From Bacteroidota bacterium (GTDB lineage: Bacteria; Bacteroidota; Bacteroidia; Bacteroidales; Tenuifilaceae): 64,000 nucleotides of DNA. A model generated the notes under the pieces. That model did no database searches. It was not told where the DNA came from and saw only the letters and a list, made by a program, of their open reading frames with translations. The DNA is taken from NCBI GenBank assembly GCA_040752515.1, contig JBFMGQ010000013.1:4909-68908 (forward strand), given 5' to 3'. A program made the position numbers and the translations under genes. Shown piece by piece: positions 34,600 to 43,097 of this stretch. Positions within the stretch are counted from its first letter, which is position 1. Each line of letters begins with the position of its first letter.

Positions 34600-35706
34600 T
34601 TAGGTGTTTTTTTTAGTTGAACTCCTAAAAGCCTTTTTATATTCGGAGGGTGTCATACCGGTTTCCTTTTTAAAAAGGGTATTGAACGATGTTTTGGAGT
34701 TAAACCCCGAGTCGTAGGCAATGCCTAACAGAGTTTCGTTGTCGAAGTTAGGATTTGTAAGCCTTTGCTTGGCCTCCTCAATCCTGAAACCGTTGATATA
34801 GTTGAAAAAGTTTACGCCAAGTTCCTTGTTAAGGTAACTGGAAATTTCCTGGGAGCTTACTTTAAGCTGGTCGGCCAAATCCTGAATGGTTAACTCATTA
34901 TTCAGGTATGGCTTGTTCTTAACCATATGTTCATAAAGTAAATCGCCTAATTTTTGCAATGTTTTGGTCTGTAGGTCTTCATTCGCCTCTATATGTTTAG
35001 GTTTTTTGTACTGGTAGAGCACCGGCTGATGAATTCCGTAGTAGCTTATGGAAAAGGTGAAAACCAGTAAACCCAAGTGGAAAAGTTCAATGGGGTTAAA
35101 CGGGAAAATATTTTGGGTTGAAAAGATTATAAATGTAATACCTGAAGCAAAAAAGCCGGATAGAATCCAAATGGCAATATTTTTTACCCAATTTAGCATG
35201 ATAGTTTCTGAGCGATACGAGAAATGGTCGCCTAGTGTACGGTTGTGCTTTCGGATTAAAACGAGCGATGCTCGCCAGTAGTAAAGAATAACTATCAGGA
35301 AAAGAGCATAGTTGAAAATTGCCAGCCAAGTGATTGGCCCTTTGCTGTAAAAGTTAACGGAGTCAATATCAATTGGTTTGCCCCAAATAGCTGCAATAAG
35401 TATGAAAAGGTAAACCGGAATGAGATGCCTATGAATATTTCGGAGGGTTGTAGGCTTTTTTGATGTTAAAAGTTTGGTATAGAAGAAAAGAAAAGGCCCA
35501 TAGCTTAGTGGGATAATAATTAAATCGGGCAGCCATGTTAGGTATTTTGCATTAAGGAGGGAATACAACATCTCGATACCAATCACAATCAGCCAAACAA
35601 CCAGTAACCGGTCGGCTGATCCCTTGTTGGGTTTTCGGTAAACCAGTAAGGCCGCAAACCAGGCCTGAATAAGGCCTATATGGTATATGGGTATTACGTT
35701 GGTCAT
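34600..35706 (-). CDS. Membrane-anchored AraC-family regulator
   Basis: About 7 N-terminal TM segments; C-terminal KPYLNNELT...AYDSGFNSKTSFNTLFKKETGMTP. Confidence 0.9.
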   Translation of the reverse strand: MTNVIPIYHIGLIQAWFAALLVYRKPNKGSADRLLVVWLIVIGIEMLYSLLNAKYLTWLPDLIIIPLSYGPFLFFYTKLLTSKKPTTLRNIHRHLIPVYLFILIAAIWGKPIDIDSVNFYSKGPITWLAIFNYALFLIVILYYWRASLVLIRKHNRTLGDHFSYRSETIMLNWVKNIAIWILSGFFASGITFIIFSTQNIFPFNPIELFHLGLLVFTFSISYYGIHQPVLYQYKKPKHIEANEDLQTKTLQKLGDLLYEHMVKNKPYLNNELTIQDLADQLKVSSQEISSYLNKELGVNFFNYINGFRIEEAKQRLTNPNFDNETLLGIAYDSGFNSKTSFNTLFKKETGMTPSEYKKAFRSSTKKNT

Positions 35707-35814
35707 CGTAAGAATTTTGCATAAATGTATGGAAAAGTTGATAAAGTGAAAAAAACTAGGTTGAAATGTTAAATTCTGCCTTTAATTTCATTGATTCCAT
35801 TGCATAGGTCAGAA

Positions 35815-37239
35815 TCATTTTATTCGGTTTTCGCGGATAACCTCGTGAACAATATCAGGTAAGTTACTTTCGATGGTTTTTAAAACTTCCAGTACCCTTT
35901 TATGCCGGAAACGGTTTTGTCCTATTTCGTTGATGTGCTGAATAAATGCCTGTTTCAATCCTTCGCTATTTATGGAACCTTCCATATATTCCGATGCCCT
36001 ATGGTATAACTGAATTATAGGCAGGTACTGAGGCGTTTCCTTCATTTGCTTTTCTTTGGGTATTAACTTGTACCTGCGTACAATGGAAATAATTTTTGAA
36101 TACTTTTCTGCATGAAATAACGCATCGATGTATGCGGTGAAGAATAGATGCCACCGAAACTCAAAAATTTCTTTTTTGTATGCATTTAGAAATCCATCGG
36201 CATAATCTATTGCTTTTGCACATTGCCCATTTGCCACTAGAGTTTTAATGTAAAAGCTAACAAAACCAATTCTATAGTAAAGATTTCCAGATTTTTTAAG
36301 TTCTGGAAACGACGCTACCATGATCTCCAAGGCTTTTTCGTTTTTGCCTTGTCGCAGTAAAACATCGCAAAGGTTAATTAAGTAGAAAAGGTAATCGCTA
36401 TTGCGGTATCGAATTGAAAGGAAACCATACTTTTCGGCTTCGTCGAGTTCGTTAAGTTTTGAGTGCATCATCGCTCGATTGGCGTAGTAATTTGCTAGTA
36501 TTCGCTTGGAGTAGAAGACATCTTTTTTGAACTGTTGATCGAGATGCTGGTAAACCAGCCGCAACTTGTCGAATTCCCTGTTTGTGTAATAAAGAATGGT
36601 TAACCTTACTAAAGCCCGGTATCGGGTGTATCCGTCTATAGAGTCATTGTAGTAAATATCGGAGAAGAGTTTCTCCCAGGTTTCAAATTCCTCGGCAACC
36701 CATATCTTTTTAAAGATAACTTTTTCGGCTGCTTCGTTCATTTTATTGTTCAGTTGTTGGGAATTAAAGTAGTTTATTTTATAGCGTTCTAAGTAGTTCG
36801 ATACAATGGCGTAATTTCGGGGTCGATTCCGGACAATTAAGTAATCGCGGTAATGTTGCAAAACCCTAAAGAATTTCATGAAGTAGTAACTGGTGGGTAA
36901 CACCTCATCCATTTTCCTAAGTAACTCTAACTCTTGGTCTGACTGAATGGAGTCGTTCATGATGCTTTTTTCAATCTCGCTCAGCCATGCATAAAAGATA
37001 TCAACATCAATTTTTTGAAGATTCTCTTGTATCCAGGCTTTCATGTAGGAGTATGTCCGCTTGTCGATTGATTTATCGAACGGTAAGCGATTTTCTGGGT
37101 TTTTTGAATTATAGGAGATTAAATTGAGAATTTTTAAGTTCTCTTCTTTCTGAAATTGCTGTATCGAGATTAAGTAGTCCAATTCATGCGGGTAAAGTTC
37201 CGCACAAAAGGTCTCGAAAGCGGCAAGTTTACTTTTCAT
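35815..37239 (-). CDS. Hypothetical cytoplasmic alpha-helical (TPR-like) protein
   Basis: 474-aa ORF, no signal peptide, helical repeats (YYANRAMMHSKLNELDEAEKY). Confidence 0.55.
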   Translation of the reverse strand: MKSKLAAFETFCAELYPHELDYLISIQQFQKEENLKILNLISYNSKNPENRLPFDKSIDKRTYSYMKAWIQENLQKIDVDIFYAWLSEIEKSIMNDSIQSDQELELLRKMDEVLPTSYYFMKFFRVLQHYRDYLIVRNRPRNYAIVSNYLERYKINYFNSQQLNNKMNEAAEKVIFKKIWVAEEFETWEKLFSDIYYNDSIDGYTRYRALVRLTILYYTNREFDKLRLVYQHLDQQFKKDVFYSKRILANYYANRAMMHSKLNELDEAEKYGFLSIRYRNSDYLFYLINLCDVLLRQGKNEKALEIMVASFPELKKSGNLYYRIGFVSFYIKTLVANGQCAKAIDYADGFLNAYKKEIFEFRWHLFFTAYIDALFHAEKYSKIISIVRRYKLIPKEKQMKETPQYLPIIQLYHRASEYMEGSINSEGLKQAFIQHINEIGQNRFRHKRVLEVLKTIESNLPDIVHEVIRENRIK

Positions 37240-37270
37240 TATTTTTTCAATATAGCGTTTGCAAGTTAGT

Positions 37271-37298
37271 AAAAAAGAACCGGCTTGTGGCCGGCTCT
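37271..37298 (-). terminator. Terminator ending the thiolase-to-hydrolase locus
   Basis: aaaaaa-agaaccggc...gccggctct. Confidence 0.6.
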
Positions 37299-37302
37299 AA
37301 TT

Positions 37303-37698
37303 TTAAATCTGCTTTAACCATTCAGTAGCTTCGCGCTCGTCGTTAAAGAATTTTGATATAAACTTTTTGGGGTCGCGTTTGGCCATTATATTTTTAACTG
37401 CAAAGGTAATAAAGGGATCGTTTGGCAGTAGAACTGCAGAACAGCGATACCCTATTGCCTGAGCTTGCAGTAACCACTCTTCGTTTAACCATTTTTGGTC
37501 TTCCACGGCAAAAACTTTTGCTTCAGTATTATCGGTCAGTATCTTGGTAATGGAGTGTTTACGCATAAGCTCCAACGCAGTATTGCACCCTTCCCTGAAT
37601 TCGTTGCTTGGAGGAAGTCCAATCCACTTAATCTTTAGGCAAGGAACGTCCTCAATAACGGTTATTTTGCAGTGATTTCCTACCTCAATGGTTTCCAT
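37303..37698 (-). CDS. SpoIIAA-like / STAS-SEC14-type small protein
   Basis: KILTDN, DQKWLNEEW, FNDEREATEWL pattern. Confidence 0.7.
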   Translation of the reverse strand: METIEVGNHCKITVIEDVPCLKIKWIGLPPSNEFREGCNTALELMRKHSITKILTDNTEAKVFAVEDQKWLNEEWLLQAQAIGYRCSAVLLPNDPFITFAVKNIMAKRDPKKFISKFFNDEREATEWLKQI

Positions 37699-37704
37699 AT
37701 CAGA

Positions 37705-38658
37705 TTACTGTTTTAGAAATTCTATTACAGCATTGTTGAAAATCTCTGGTTTTTCGAACATCATAAAGTGCCCGCATTTGGGTACCATAACTAACTTACT
37801 GTTAGCAATCTTTGAAGCGCCGTAAGTAGCAATATCTCTGGTTTTCCCGGGGTTAAGATACCGGTTAGGAATTAAGTTGTCGTTTTCGCCAAAGAATATA
37901 AGGGTTGGCATCTTGATATCGTTCAGGTAATCAATTACGGGCTCATCAACCATGCCTTTAACCGATTGGGCTACAGCGTAGCAATAACCATCAAAATCGG
38001 CCGCCTTCCGCATGCGGAGCCTATCGGTAATCATGAATTCGGCTTCTTTGGGAACCTTGTAAAAGTTAGTAGCCAGGTTGTTTTGAATTGCTTCGGCAGT
38101 GGTAAGTTTAACACCTTTAGGCGTCATAACATCCCTAAACCATTGCTTTTGCCCAGCTGTAAACCTCTCGAATCCGGCTGGAGCAACCAAAATAAGGCCG
38201 TTTACAATTTCAGGGTAAAGTAGGGCGGTAGTGATTGATATTTGCCCACCCATTGAATGCCCTGCAAGGTAAACATTTTGTAGGTTGAGCTCCTTGATCA
38301 GTTCAGCAACAACACCTGCGTAGTACGACATTAATCCGCTATGGGGCTCTTTGCTTGATTTACCATATCCGGGGAGGTCGATAGCAATGCAACGAAAATG
38401 CTGGCTTAACTCATTGATGTTCCTGCTCCACGCTGGGGAGTAACTTCCTAAACCATGAATAAAAACAATGGTTTTATGTCCGCTTCCCATGTCGGCATAA
38501 GCTATTGTATGCCCATCGTGCGGAAGGAAAACCTTTTTAACCTGGAAAGGATATTCAAGGTCGTTCATTGTTTTTAAATCGCTTAAACCCTTATAGGGAG
38601 AGCTGCAGCTCGAAGCTACCATAACAATCAGGAGTGCTATTTTAAAATATCGAACCAT
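37705..38658 (-). CDS. Lipoprotein alpha/beta-hydrolase (esterase)
   Basis: Lipobox VASSC; HGLG oxyanion motif, GHSMGG nucleophile, GENDNL (Asp), CGHF (His). Confidence 0.9.
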   Translation of the reverse strand: MVRYFKIALLIVMVASSCSSPYKGLSDLKTMNDLEYPFQVKKVFLPHDGHTIAYADMGSGHKTIVFIHGLGSYSPAWSRNINELSQHFRCIAIDLPGYGKSSKEPHSGLMSYYAGVVAELIKELNLQNVYLAGHSMGGQISITTALLYPEIVNGLILVAPAGFERFTAGQKQWFRDVMTPKGVKLTTAEAIQNNLATNFYKVPKEAEFMITDRLRMRKAADFDGYCYAVAQSVKGMVDEPVIDYLNDIKMPTLIFFGENDNLIPNRYLNPGKTRDIATYGASKIANSKLVMVPKCGHFMMFEKPEIFNNAVIEFLKQ

Positions 38659-38668
38659 TGCTATTCAT

Positions 38669-40264
38669 TTAAAACATTAACCATTTAAAAACCACGAATG
38701 CAGTCCATGGATTTGTAGGACGCTTATCGAGTTCTCCGTTTACAGGGCTACCGTGTGAATTTTCCTTGCTGTCGTAAAAATCGCCCAACATCAGGTAGGC
38801 TGCGTGAAGTTCAAGGCTCATGAACGGGCCAAAGCTGTACATAATAGCACCATTTAGTTCGGTACCCATAAAGAATCCTCCGTCTTTGGGTTGAACATTC
38901 GATAGGGCAAACGCACTTCCTACCTTAGCGTTTAAGCGGTTAGGAATAATTCCTTTTGAGAATGTGAGTGTGCCAGCAGTTAAGCCGCATCCCATGTTTG
39001 AGATATCGCAAATGGCAGGAGTAAAGCGGTTGACTACATTGCCGTGGGGCATTAGAATGTACGACCCACTACTGATGAAGATTGCACCCGGCGAGGCCCA
39101 TTGATTCCCGGTAATAACCCCCGAGTACCTTCCGTCCTTAAGGCCGTCGGCATCACCCGATGAGTAAAGCATATCGAGTGTAACCGCGTCGGAGAGGGTT
39201 TGCCCATAGCGATACGATACCCTAAGATTGGCTGCAAAACCGTAAAAATCATTTGCTTTAGTCCATTGGCTTTGCGAAATAGTTTTATTCAAAAGAGTAT
39301 CTGCTTTACCAAGGTTGACGTTCACAAATCCGGTAATCATCCATGGGTCGAGCCAATGCTCATTGTTACGACCAAAAAATGTGCCCAACCAGTATATATC
39401 AGCTTTATAGGGAACATCGCCGTAACGGAAGAAATATGTGCCGTTATAGGAAGAGAGAAGCGAATTTAATCCCTGTCCCAGAATTGAAACGCCTCCTTTG
39501 CCTGCTGCCCTATCGCGAAGCCAGTATGCCGATAACCCCCATTTCCACGCACGGCTGATATCCTTTTCGCCGGTAAGCTCAAACAACGAAACATCGTCGT
39601 CCTGCTCGGTGGCATTTTCGTAAAGCTGATAGTATCCTGCTTTTATTCTTGAAAAGTCCCAATCCTTCCTTACGGAAATTCCAACACCATCGGTTCCCCA
39701 GTAGGCAAGCCGATATCCGGTAGTAGTCATTTTATCGAATACCGTTCTGTATGGGTTGTATGGAGTGTCGAAAAGGCGCTGTAACCCAAGGTTAATAAAC
39801 CAACCCTTCGACGGATTAAGTTCAATTTCGATGTTCTGGGTTTGAAGGTTAACCTGGTCGGCCGAAATGCCCGAACCAAGATTACCACCAACACCATAGG
39901 CAGCATCGCCCCACGTCCAGTCTATTTCAAATGAGGCGCGTAGCAATGCTTTACCGTTAAATAGTTTAGGCTGATAGATAAAAAAGGGTATCAACCTTTG
40001 CTCAAAATATTTGGAGGTTAGCGAATCGCTGGTGGTGGTTGTGTTGTTGCCGAATAGGCGGCCTACCACTTGCCCTTTTAGGAATTCGCTCTTTGCATAC
40101 ATATTCGATGCCACACCCTGGTTGATAAAGAAAGCAAAAAATTGCAGTTCCTTATCGGCCTTTTCAGGTATTTCTTTTGAGAAATACTGATTTGTGGGTA
40201 CTTGCCCTTGAATGCTCCATGCCATCAGCATGAAGAGCACAAAACCAACAACTCTTTTTTTCAT
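38669..40264 (-). CDS. Outer-membrane beta-barrel protein of unknown family
   Basis: Signal peptide, many amphipathic strands, terminal VVFKWLMF; ATG 40264. Confidence 0.7.
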   Translation of the reverse strand: MKKRVVGFVLFMLMAWSIQGQVPTNQYFSKEIPEKADKELQFFAFFINQGVASNMYAKSEFLKGQVVGRLFGNNTTTTSDSLTSKYFEQRLIPFFIYQPKLFNGKALLRASFEIDWTWGDAAYGVGGNLGSGISADQVNLQTQNIEIELNPSKGWFINLGLQRLFDTPYNPYRTVFDKMTTTGYRLAYWGTDGVGISVRKDWDFSRIKAGYYQLYENATEQDDDVSLFELTGEKDISRAWKWGLSAYWLRDRAAGKGGVSILGQGLNSLLSSYNGTYFFRYGDVPYKADIYWLGTFFGRNNEHWLDPWMITGFVNVNLGKADTLLNKTISQSQWTKANDFYGFAANLRVSYRYGQTLSDAVTLDMLYSSGDADGLKDGRYSGVITGNQWASPGAIFISSGSYILMPHGNVVNRFTPAICDISNMGCGLTAGTLTFSKGIIPNRLNAKVGSAFALSNVQPKDGGFFMGTELNGAIMYSFGPFMSLELHAAYLMLGDFYDSKENSHGSPVNGELDKRPTNPWTAFVVFKWLMF

Positions 40265-40296
40265 CGACACCTGGCAGTTCAGTGGGTTAAAGAAAT

Positions 40297-40329
40297 AAAA
40301 AAGGGACTTGCAGGTATAGCAAGCCCCTT
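40297..40329 (-). terminator. Internal terminator/attenuator-like hairpin after the lipoprotein gene
   Basis: aaggg(a)cttgc...gcaag(c)ccctt with an A-run on the plus strand. Confidence 0.55.
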
Positions 40330-40340
40330 AGGTAATAGTT

Positions 40341-40853
40341 TTAGCGAACAATTTTTATGTACTTCTGAATGTTAGTGGTTCCATATGCTCCACCGCTGGT
40401 GCTTCCAAAACCAGCTTGTGCGGTGGGAGGTGTTACCCCTGGAATTTGAGGCTCAACTTGAGCTACTTCATAGTTCATGGTGTAAGGATTCTTGGTAGCA
40501 TCAATCTCAAAAATCCCTTGGCTGGTAAGGGCAGTGGGTGAACCTTGATTTAAGGTGATGTTCCAAATGTTTCCTACGCCCGATTTGGTTTGAACATACG
40601 TTCCGGTAAGGGTGGTTTTTGCACCATCCTTGAACGATTCAACCAGGTAGGTGTTGTCCTTGTTGAACTTTGCATAAATGGAATCAATCCCTAAGTATGC
40701 GAGCAATGGCGCAACATTTGTTCCCGATGAATACCATTCCCCAACAATACCAACCTTTTGTGGATCGTTCGAGTCATCATCTTCGCTTTTTTCACATGCC
40801 ACAAAGGCTACTGAAAGCATCATGGCTAAAACAAGTAACTTTTTCATTTTCAT
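40341..40853 (-). CDS. Lipocalin-like surface lipoprotein
   Basis: Lipobox AFVAC followed by acidic EKSEDDD; IVGEW motif; beta-strand pattern. Confidence 0.6.
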   Translation of the reverse strand: MKMKKLLVLAMMLSVAFVACEKSEDDDSNDPQKVGIVGEWYSSGTNVAPLLAYLGIDSIYAKFNKDNTYLVESFKDGAKTTLTGTYVQTKSGVGNIWNITLNQGSPTALTSQGIFEIDATKNPYTMNYEVAQVEPQIPGVTPPTAQAGFGSTSGGAYGTTNIQKYIKIVR

Positions 40854-40926
40854 AAGATTTAGTGTTTGACTTTAAGTTCGATTCGGTTTATTTATGTAAG
40901 CAAGTAACAAAAACTCAAACTATGGG

Positions 40927-41005
40927 GTCAACATTGCATTAAAATAAGCAGGGTTGACATTACCTTTAAATATCTTAAATAAGAAATTAAAGTATCAGAA
41001 AAACA
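40927..41005 (-). promoter_or_regulatory. Candidate regulatory region A (shares blocks with 48072-48140)
   Basis: gcatta-N11-gttgacat and aagtatcagaaaaaca; dyad gtcaac-N20-gttgac. Confidence 0.55.
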
Positions 41006-41039
41006 GATAGATAACATTTAAAAGAGTTTGTTTGACCAA

Positions 41040-42056
41040 TTAGCCCCAACGGATTACATTGGCACCCCAGGCATAACCAATTCCTGCTGCTATCATTGAA
41101 ATTATTGTCCCTTTCATGATTTTCCCTGATTTTAGGGCAAGGTGAAGCGATAGGATTTGATCGATTTGCCCCATATGTCCATACTCTTCAAGGTATATGG
41201 TTTGATTCATGGTTAAGCCCAGTTCTTGCACCATGTACTCATACATCGACCTTTTAAAATGGAGGCAAGCCAGATACCCAAGTTTATCCTTATCTACCCC
41301 TGACTTTTTAAAGGCCATATTGATGCAATGCATCCAGTTGCTCATCGATACCTCATTAAGCCGCTCTTTCATATGTTTTTCGTCGAAAACCTTTAGCGAC
41401 TTGTAGGCAAAATGTGCGTTTTCGGCAGTAATGGGTTTACATGTACCACCGTATTCAACGCCCACGTCGCGAGCGAGCGATCCGTCGGTCATGATATGAG
41501 TGCCCAGCAAAACGTTACTGCCCAGGTTGCGTTTCATGATAAGTGCTCCTGCACCAGCCGATAGGTTGTACATGAACGATACTGCGGGATCCTTAAAATC
41601 AATGAAATCGCCATTGCGATAGCCCCCAACAATCATTACCGTTTTAATATCCTCGTCGGCAAGCATCATGTCCTTGGCAATTTTCATTGCTGCAACGGTT
41701 GTTCCACAACGTTGCTGCACATCGATGGCCCAGGCATTTTTTGCTCCTATTTGTTCCTGAATGTAAATGCCCGATGTGGTTAAGGGATACTCCTTCCATT
41801 CTTCGCCAATGCAAAGAATAAGATCAATCGATTCGGGATCGATCCCGGTATTTGCCAGGGCATCCTTAGCAGCTTTAACGCCCATTTCCTGCGTTCCATC
41901 ATTGGGGGCGGGAACAACTATCGATTTTATTCCTAACTTCTCAATCACTGCTTGCTCGCTCCATACCCCGCCAGTTGCTTCCGCAATCTGTCGTGCAGTC
42001 ATTCTTCCCTCAGGGATATATATTCCTGTTCCAACTATTCCAACATGAGTGTTCAT
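41040..42056 (-). CDS. FabH-fold (KAS III-like) enzyme with Cys and a GHxGxxD motif
   Basis: IDVQQRCG, LACLHFKR, YGHMGQID, AAGIGYAWGA; ATG 42056. Confidence 0.8.
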   Translation of the reverse strand: MNTHVGIVGTGIYIPEGRMTARQIAEATGGVWSEQAVIEKLGIKSIVVPAPNDGTQEMGVKAAKDALANTGIDPESIDLILCIGEEWKEYPLTTSGIYIQEQIGAKNAWAIDVQQRCGTTVAAMKIAKDMMLADEDIKTVMIVGGYRNGDFIDFKDPAVSFMYNLSAGAGALIMKRNLGSNVLLGTHIMTDGSLARDVGVEYGGTCKPITAENAHFAYKSLKVFDEKHMKERLNEVSMSNWMHCINMAFKKSGVDKDKLGYLACLHFKRSMYEYMVQELGLTMNQTIYLEEYGHMGQIDQILSLHLALKSGKIMKGTIISMIAAGIGYAWGANVIRWG

Positions 42057-42076
42057 TTTCAATAGCAATTTCAGGT

Positions 42077-43084
42077 TTAGTAAATAAACAAGTTACTTCC
42101 CACCGCCAAGCCTGCGCCCGAAGCTATAAACACAACCCTATCGCCTCTTTTCACTTTGCCTTCGGCAATAGCGTGGTGAAATGCCATGGGCACACAACCC
42201 GATCCGGTATAGCCGTAACGATCCATAACACAGGTGGTTTTGTCCATAGGTTGTCCTAGTTCTTCCATCACCTTTACAATAACTGACCGGTTAATCTGGG
42301 TGAATATGTAGTGGTCAATCTGGTTTGCAGTTAGGTTATTGTCGGTAAGTAATTTACTGGCAACCATTGGCCAAAGCCTGACATTCCTGTCTCCCGGAAG
42401 AGGCTTGAGGTTTTGCAGTCCGTACTCCTTGGCATCTATTTTATCATGGGTAATTGGATTTCGGCTCCCACCTGAGTATATACCTATGAAATCCCATTGA
42501 GTGCCATCGGCCAGATGTTGCCCTGCAATATAGCCTGATTGGCCGGAGATATCTTTTTCCAGAATGAATGCACCAGCTCCATCGGCAAAGATCGAATAAC
42601 CAAATGCATCATCGGGTCGGACAAATGCAGGCATATTGTATACACCAACTACTAGGGCATACTTAATATTGGGTGAATTGTTTAACACTTTCACAGCTGT
42701 GTCAAGTGCTATGGTAAAGCTGGCACACGAGGCATTCACATCAAAAGCGGTTGACCAGCTCTCTTTCCCTTGAACCCTTCCTTGAACAACAATTGCCGTG
42801 GCAGGTGATATGTACTCGGGTGTGTCGGTTGCCACAATTACTAGCCCAATTTCATCGACGCTAATTTTTGCCTCGGCAATTGCGTTTTGCGCAGCCTTTG
42901 TGGCAAAATCGGCAGTAGTTTCATTTAATCCTCTTAGGTGGGCTATATGCCGCTTGTATATTCCAATTTTCTGCTCGGTTTTCTCGGCATCAAATTCGAT
43001 ATTGACAAGTTCTTTCAATTCCTGATTGTCGATAGCCTTGCCGGGAGCATAAACGCCTGTTGATTTTATTCGAACTGGGATCAT
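42077..43084 (-). CDS. FabH-fold (KAS III-like) enzyme lacking the canonical His and Asn
   Basis: FDVNASCASF, FADGAGA, IFTQINR (for HQAN), YGYTGSG (for GNTSAA), GAGL. Confidence 0.82.
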   Translation of the reverse strand: MIPVRIKSTGVYAPGKAIDNQELKELVNIEFDAEKTEQKIGIYKRHIAHLRGLNETTADFATKAAQNAIAEAKISVDEIGLVIVATDTPEYISPATAIVVQGRVQGKESWSTAFDVNASCASFTIALDTAVKVLNNSPNIKYALVVGVYNMPAFVRPDDAFGYSIFADGAGAFILEKDISGQSGYIAGQHLADGTQWDFIGIYSGGSRNPITHDKIDAKEYGLQNLKPLPGDRNVRLWPMVASKLLTDNNLTANQIDHYIFTQINRSVIVKVMEELGQPMDKTTCVMDRYGYTGSGCVPMAFHHAIAEGKVKRGDRVVFIASGAGLAVGSNLFIY

Positions 43085-43097
43085 GGCTGTAATCTGA

